A stretch of DNA of 63,534 nt, filler included. It is 5 parts of 5 records of this genome, joined end to end, with 100 filler letters (N's around TTAATTAATTAA, not from the genome) between each part and the next. Parts side by side here need not be neighbours in the genome. Positions count along the whole stretch, not along the records: positions 57,805 to 63,534 come from SRR22947725_388; 4 more parts are not named here. One strand, given 5' to 3'. How positions within the stretch are numbered: the stretch's first letter is position 1; each line of letters starts with the position of its first letter. The position numbers were made by a program, and so were the translations under genes. The notes below the pieces were generated by a model. That model worked only from the letters and a program-made list of their open reading frames with translations. It did not search any database and was not told the origin of the DNA. This document shows positions 60,443 through 63,534 of the stretch, piece after piece.

Positions 60443-61708
60443 ATGTTATTAGTTTCTGAAATAATAAAAAATACAGATAAAATATGCTCTTTGATGTCTA
60501 AAAGAAATATAGACGTTAAATCTAAACTTGCTTCAATTATTGAAACTGATAAACTTAGAAGATCTACTCAGTCAAATCTTGATAATATTCTGTCAGAATC
60601 AAATAAATTAGCAAAAGATATTGGTAGTTTATTCAAGTCTGGTGAGATTGAAAAAGCAACCCTTCTAAAAGAAAAAGCTGTAAATTTAAAAACGGAGAGT
60701 AAAGATTTATCTCTTAAACTTTCAACTATTTCAAATGAATTAAATTCATTGTTATTAGAAATTCCAAACACTCCAAACGAACTCGTGCCTAGCGGATCTA
60801 ACGAAGAAGATAATCTAGAAGTTTTTATACATGGAGAAATTCCAGTTCTACACCAAAAAGCACTTTCACACTGGGACTTAGCAACAAAAAAAGATATAAT
60901 AGATTTTGAATTAGGCAACAAAATAACAGGTGCAGGTTTTCCTGTATATAAAGATAAAGGAGCAAAATTACAAAGAGCCTTAATCAATTATTTTATAGAT
61001 AAAAATACTGAAGCAGGATATAAAGAAATTCAGGTTCCTATTTTAGTAAATGAAGACTCAGGTATGGGTACGGGTCAGCTTCCTGACAAAGAAGGTCAGA
61101 TGTATCATGTCAATGAAGACAACTTGTATCTTATTCCTACTGCTGAAGTTCCTGTTACAAACATATTTAGAAATACAATTGTTAAGTCATCAGAACTTCC
61201 AATATGCTTAACTAGCTACACTCCATGTTTTAGAAGAGAAGCGGGTAGTTATGGTGCTCACGTTAGGGGTTTAAACAGATTACATCAATTTGATAAAGTT
61301 GAGATAGTTAGAATTGAAAATCCTGAAACATCTTACAAGGCTTTAACCCTTATGGTTGAACATGTGAAAAATATTTTAATTGAACTTGAATTACCTTTTA
61401 GAATTTTAAGACTTTGTGGAGGTGACCTTGGCTTTACCTCTAGCTTAACTTACGATTTTGAAGTTTACTCAGCTGCACAAAAAAAATGGCTTGAAGTTAG
61501 TTCGGTTTCAAATTTTGAAACTTTTCAATCAAATAGACTAAAATTAAGAATTGATAATAATGGAACTAAAAACCTGGCACACACATTAAATGGAAGTTCG
61601 TTAGCTCTTCCAAGAATAGTTGCTTGTATATTGGAAAATTTTCAAGATGAAAGTTCTATTAAAATCCCTAAAGCATTAATAAATTACACAGGTTTTGAAG
61701 AAATTTAA
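60443..61708 (+). CDS. serS: serine--tRNA ligase
   Basis: LIPTAEVP, CFRREAGS, HQFDKVE, HTLNGS. Confidence 0.96.
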   Translation: MLLVSEIIKNTDKICSLMSKRNIDVKSKLASIIETDKLRRSTQSNLDNILSESNKLAKDIGSLFKSGEIEKATLLKEKAVNLKTESKDLSLKLSTISNELNSLLLEIPNTPNELVPSGSNEEDNLEVFIHGEIPVLHQKALSHWDLATKKDIIDFELGNKITGAGFPVYKDKGAKLQRALINYFIDKNTEAGYKEIQVPILVNEDSGMGTGQLPDKEGQMYHVNEDNLYLIPTAEVPVTNIFRNTIVKSSELPICLTSYTPCFRREAGSYGAHVRGLNRLHQFDKVEIVRIENPETSYKALTLMVEHVKNILIELELPFRILRLCGGDLGFTSSLTYDFEVYSAAQKKWLEVSSVSNFETFQSNRLKLRIDNNGTKNLAHTLNGSSLALPRIVACILENFQDESSIKIPKALINYTGFEEI

Positions 61709-62495
61709 ACCGAATAATAATTTAGTAAAACCAAAAAAAAAACTAGGTCAACATTTTTTAAATAGTTCAGATATTGCTAAACAAATTGTCGACTGCATTG
61801 ACTCCGAAAACATAGATTCTATAATTGAAGTTGGTCCTGGAATGGGGATACTAACACAGCATATTATCGGCTTAAATAAAAAGTCGTATTTCGTAGAAAT
61901 TGATAGTGAATCTGTAACATATTTAAAAGAAAACTATGCCTTAATAAAAGATTCTATAATTGAGGAAGATTTTTTAAAATTAGAATTAAATGATTTCAAT
62001 AACCCAATTGGAATAATTGGGAATTTTCCTTACAATATTTCTTCGCAAATAATATTTAAAGCAATTGAAAATAGAAGTATTGTCCATACGTTGGTTGGAA
62101 TGTTTCAATTAGAAGTAGCTAAAAGAATCTGTGAAGGACCTGGGTCTAAAACTTATGGAATAATTTCTGTTTTAGTTCAAGCATACTTTAAAACAGAATT
62201 TATGTTTTCATTAGATCCCTTTGAATTTACTCCTCCTCCAAAAGTGAATTCTGGAGTAATTAAACTAACTAGAAAAACTCAACTAAAGTTGAATTGTGAT
62301 GAAAATTTATTTTTTAAAATTGTAAAAACTTCATTTCAACAAAGAAGAAAAACAATAAGAAATAGTCTAAAAGTTTTTAATTTAAGTAATAATATAAAAG
62401 AAGATGTTATCTTTGGAAGGCGTCCTGAAACCTTAGGTGTTGATGATTTTGTGCATCTAACTAATATTATTGCAAATGGAAACATTTCAACTTAG
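61695..62495 (+). CDS. rsmA: 16S rRNA m6,2A dimethyltransferase
   Basis: KKKLGQHFL, EVGPGMG, GNFPYNISS, PPPKVNS. Confidence 0.95.
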   Translation: MKKFKPNNNLVKPKKKLGQHFLNSSDIAKQIVDCIDSENIDSIIEVGPGMGILTQHIIGLNKKSYFVEIDSESVTYLKENYALIKDSIIEEDFLKLELNDFNNPIGIIGNFPYNISSQIIFKAIENRSIVHTLVGMFQLEVAKRICEGPGSKTYGIISVLVQAYFKTEFMFSLDPFEFTPPPKVNSGVIKLTRKTQLKLNCDENLFFKIVKTSFQQRRKTIRNSLKVFNLSNNIKEDVIFGRRPETLGVDDFVHLTNIIANGNIST

Positions 62496-63534
62496 CGAAA
62501 AACTTTTAAAAAAAATTGCTGATCTTATTTCAGCAAAAAAAAACACCCCTCTTAAAAAGATTGTAAAGGACATCCATTTTGCCGATATGGCAGAGATCAT
62601 TAATGAACTAAATGAACAGCAAGGAATTTATTTAATAAAATTATTTGATAGCGAAAAGACTTCAGAAATTCTTACTGAACTTGATGAGGATGTTAGAGAA
62701 AAAATACTGAAAGCTCTTTCGGTTAAAGAAATAGCTGATGAAATAGAAGAGTTAGATAGTGATGATGCTGCTGATATTTTAGGAGAACTTTCGGATGAAA
62801 GAAAAGAAGAGGTTATTTCTGAAATAAGTGACGATAATTTAGCGGATGATTTAAAAGAACTGTTGTCATATGAGGAGGATTCTGCCGGTGGGTTAATGGC
62901 TAAAGAATTAGTTCAAGCTAATGAAAATTGGTCTGTAACGAAATGTTTTAAAGAAATAAAAAAACAAGGCGAAAATGTTACTAGAGTTCATTCAATCTAC
63001 GTTGTTGATGACAAACAAAAATTAATTGGAAGATTATCATTAAAAGATTTAATAACCTCTCCAGCTAAAAATTTAATTAAAGACATTTATATTCCAAAAG
63101 TTGATTCAGTTAATGTTTATGATGATGGAGAAGAGGTGGCAAAAATAATGTCTAAATACGATCTTGAAGCTATTCCTGTTATCGATAATAAAAAACAATT
63201 AGTGGGAAGAATAACAATTGATGATATTGTCGACTTTATAAAAGAAGAAGCGGAAGAAGATTATTTACTTGCAGCTGGTGTCCAAGGTGATGTTGAAGCA
63301 GACGATTCAATCATTGAGCTTACTAAAGCAAGATTACCCTGGCTATTTCTAGGTTTAGTTGGTGGACTTGGCAGTGTTTTTATATTAGAAGGTTTTGAAG
63401 AAGTAATGAGCCACCCTAGCTATAAAACTCTATTTTTCTTTACTCCACTTATTGCCGCAATGGCGGGAAATGTAGGAGTACAATCTTCAGCTATTATAGT
63501 TCAAGGTTTAGCAAATGACATTGTAAAAGGCAGT
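62476..63534 (+). CDS. mgtE: magnesium transporter MgtE, 3' truncated
   Basis: Not in the ORF track. Manual translation from ATG 62476 gives METFQL..., DSDDAAD, DSAGGLM, CBS pair, ARLPWL, AMAGNVGVQ. Confidence 0.93.
   Translation, partial: METFQLSEKLLKKIADLISAKKNTPLKKIVKDIHFADMAEIINELNEQQGIYLIKLFDSEKTSEILTELDEDVREKILKALSVKEIADEIEELDSDDAADILGELSDERKEEVISEISDDNLADDLKELLSYEEDSAGGLMAKELVQANENWSVTKCFKEIKKQGENVTRVHSIYVVDDKQKLIGRLSLKDLITSPAKNLIKDIYIPKVDSVNVYDDGEEVAKIMSKYDLEAIPVIDNKKQLVGRITIDDIVDFIKEEAEEDYLLAAGVQGDVEADDSIIELTKARLPWLFLGLVGGLGSVFILEGFEEVMSHPSYKTLFFFTPLIAAMAGNVGVQSSAIIVQGLANDIVKGS

Overview
This window is not one genome. It is five unrelated contigs joined by 100-bp synthetic linkers (N44-TTAATTAATTAA-N44) at 23192, 40741, 47525 and 57705. 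All taxonomic labels below are inferred from gene content and composition. (1) 1-23191 is marine alphaproteobacterial-like (possibly SAR116). It is a methanesulfonate (MSA)/C1/organosulfonate locus with fhs, a divergent panB-like gene, a TauE exporter, a LysR regulator, msmA/B/C-like oxygenase genes, an msmEFGH-like importer with a second ATPase, a GldA/F/G-like ABC system, a GcvT-like gene, pta and a TauR-like regulator. The most striking feature is that the oxygenase alpha subunit appears split into two complementary paralogs. One keeps the mononuclear-iron site but has lost the Rieske ligands. The other keeps the MsmA-type CxH-x26-CxxH Rieske motif, has lost the iron site, and is fused to a GR-type ferredoxin reductase. 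(2) 23292-40740 is gammaproteobacterial (SUP05/Thioglobus-like). It carries purF-cvpA-folC, trmB, xth, pyrE, a PhyH-TmpA-TmpB phosphonate cluster next to MttB and dimethylglycine-dehydrogenase-like genes, tandem aroQ genes (one degenerate), glnK-amtB and a partial tRNA-Ser. (3) 40841-47524 is flavobacterial housekeeping: secDF, mdh, gyrB, asnB, queE. (4) 47625-57704 is SAR11-like: dnaE-rpsB-tsf-frr-uppS-cdsA-dxr-bamA-skp-lpxD, with no pyrH or rseP at their usual positions. (5) 57805-63534 is flavobacterial housekeeping: prs, rplY, pth, ribF, serS, rsmA, mgtE. All calls come from reading motifs; no database search was run.
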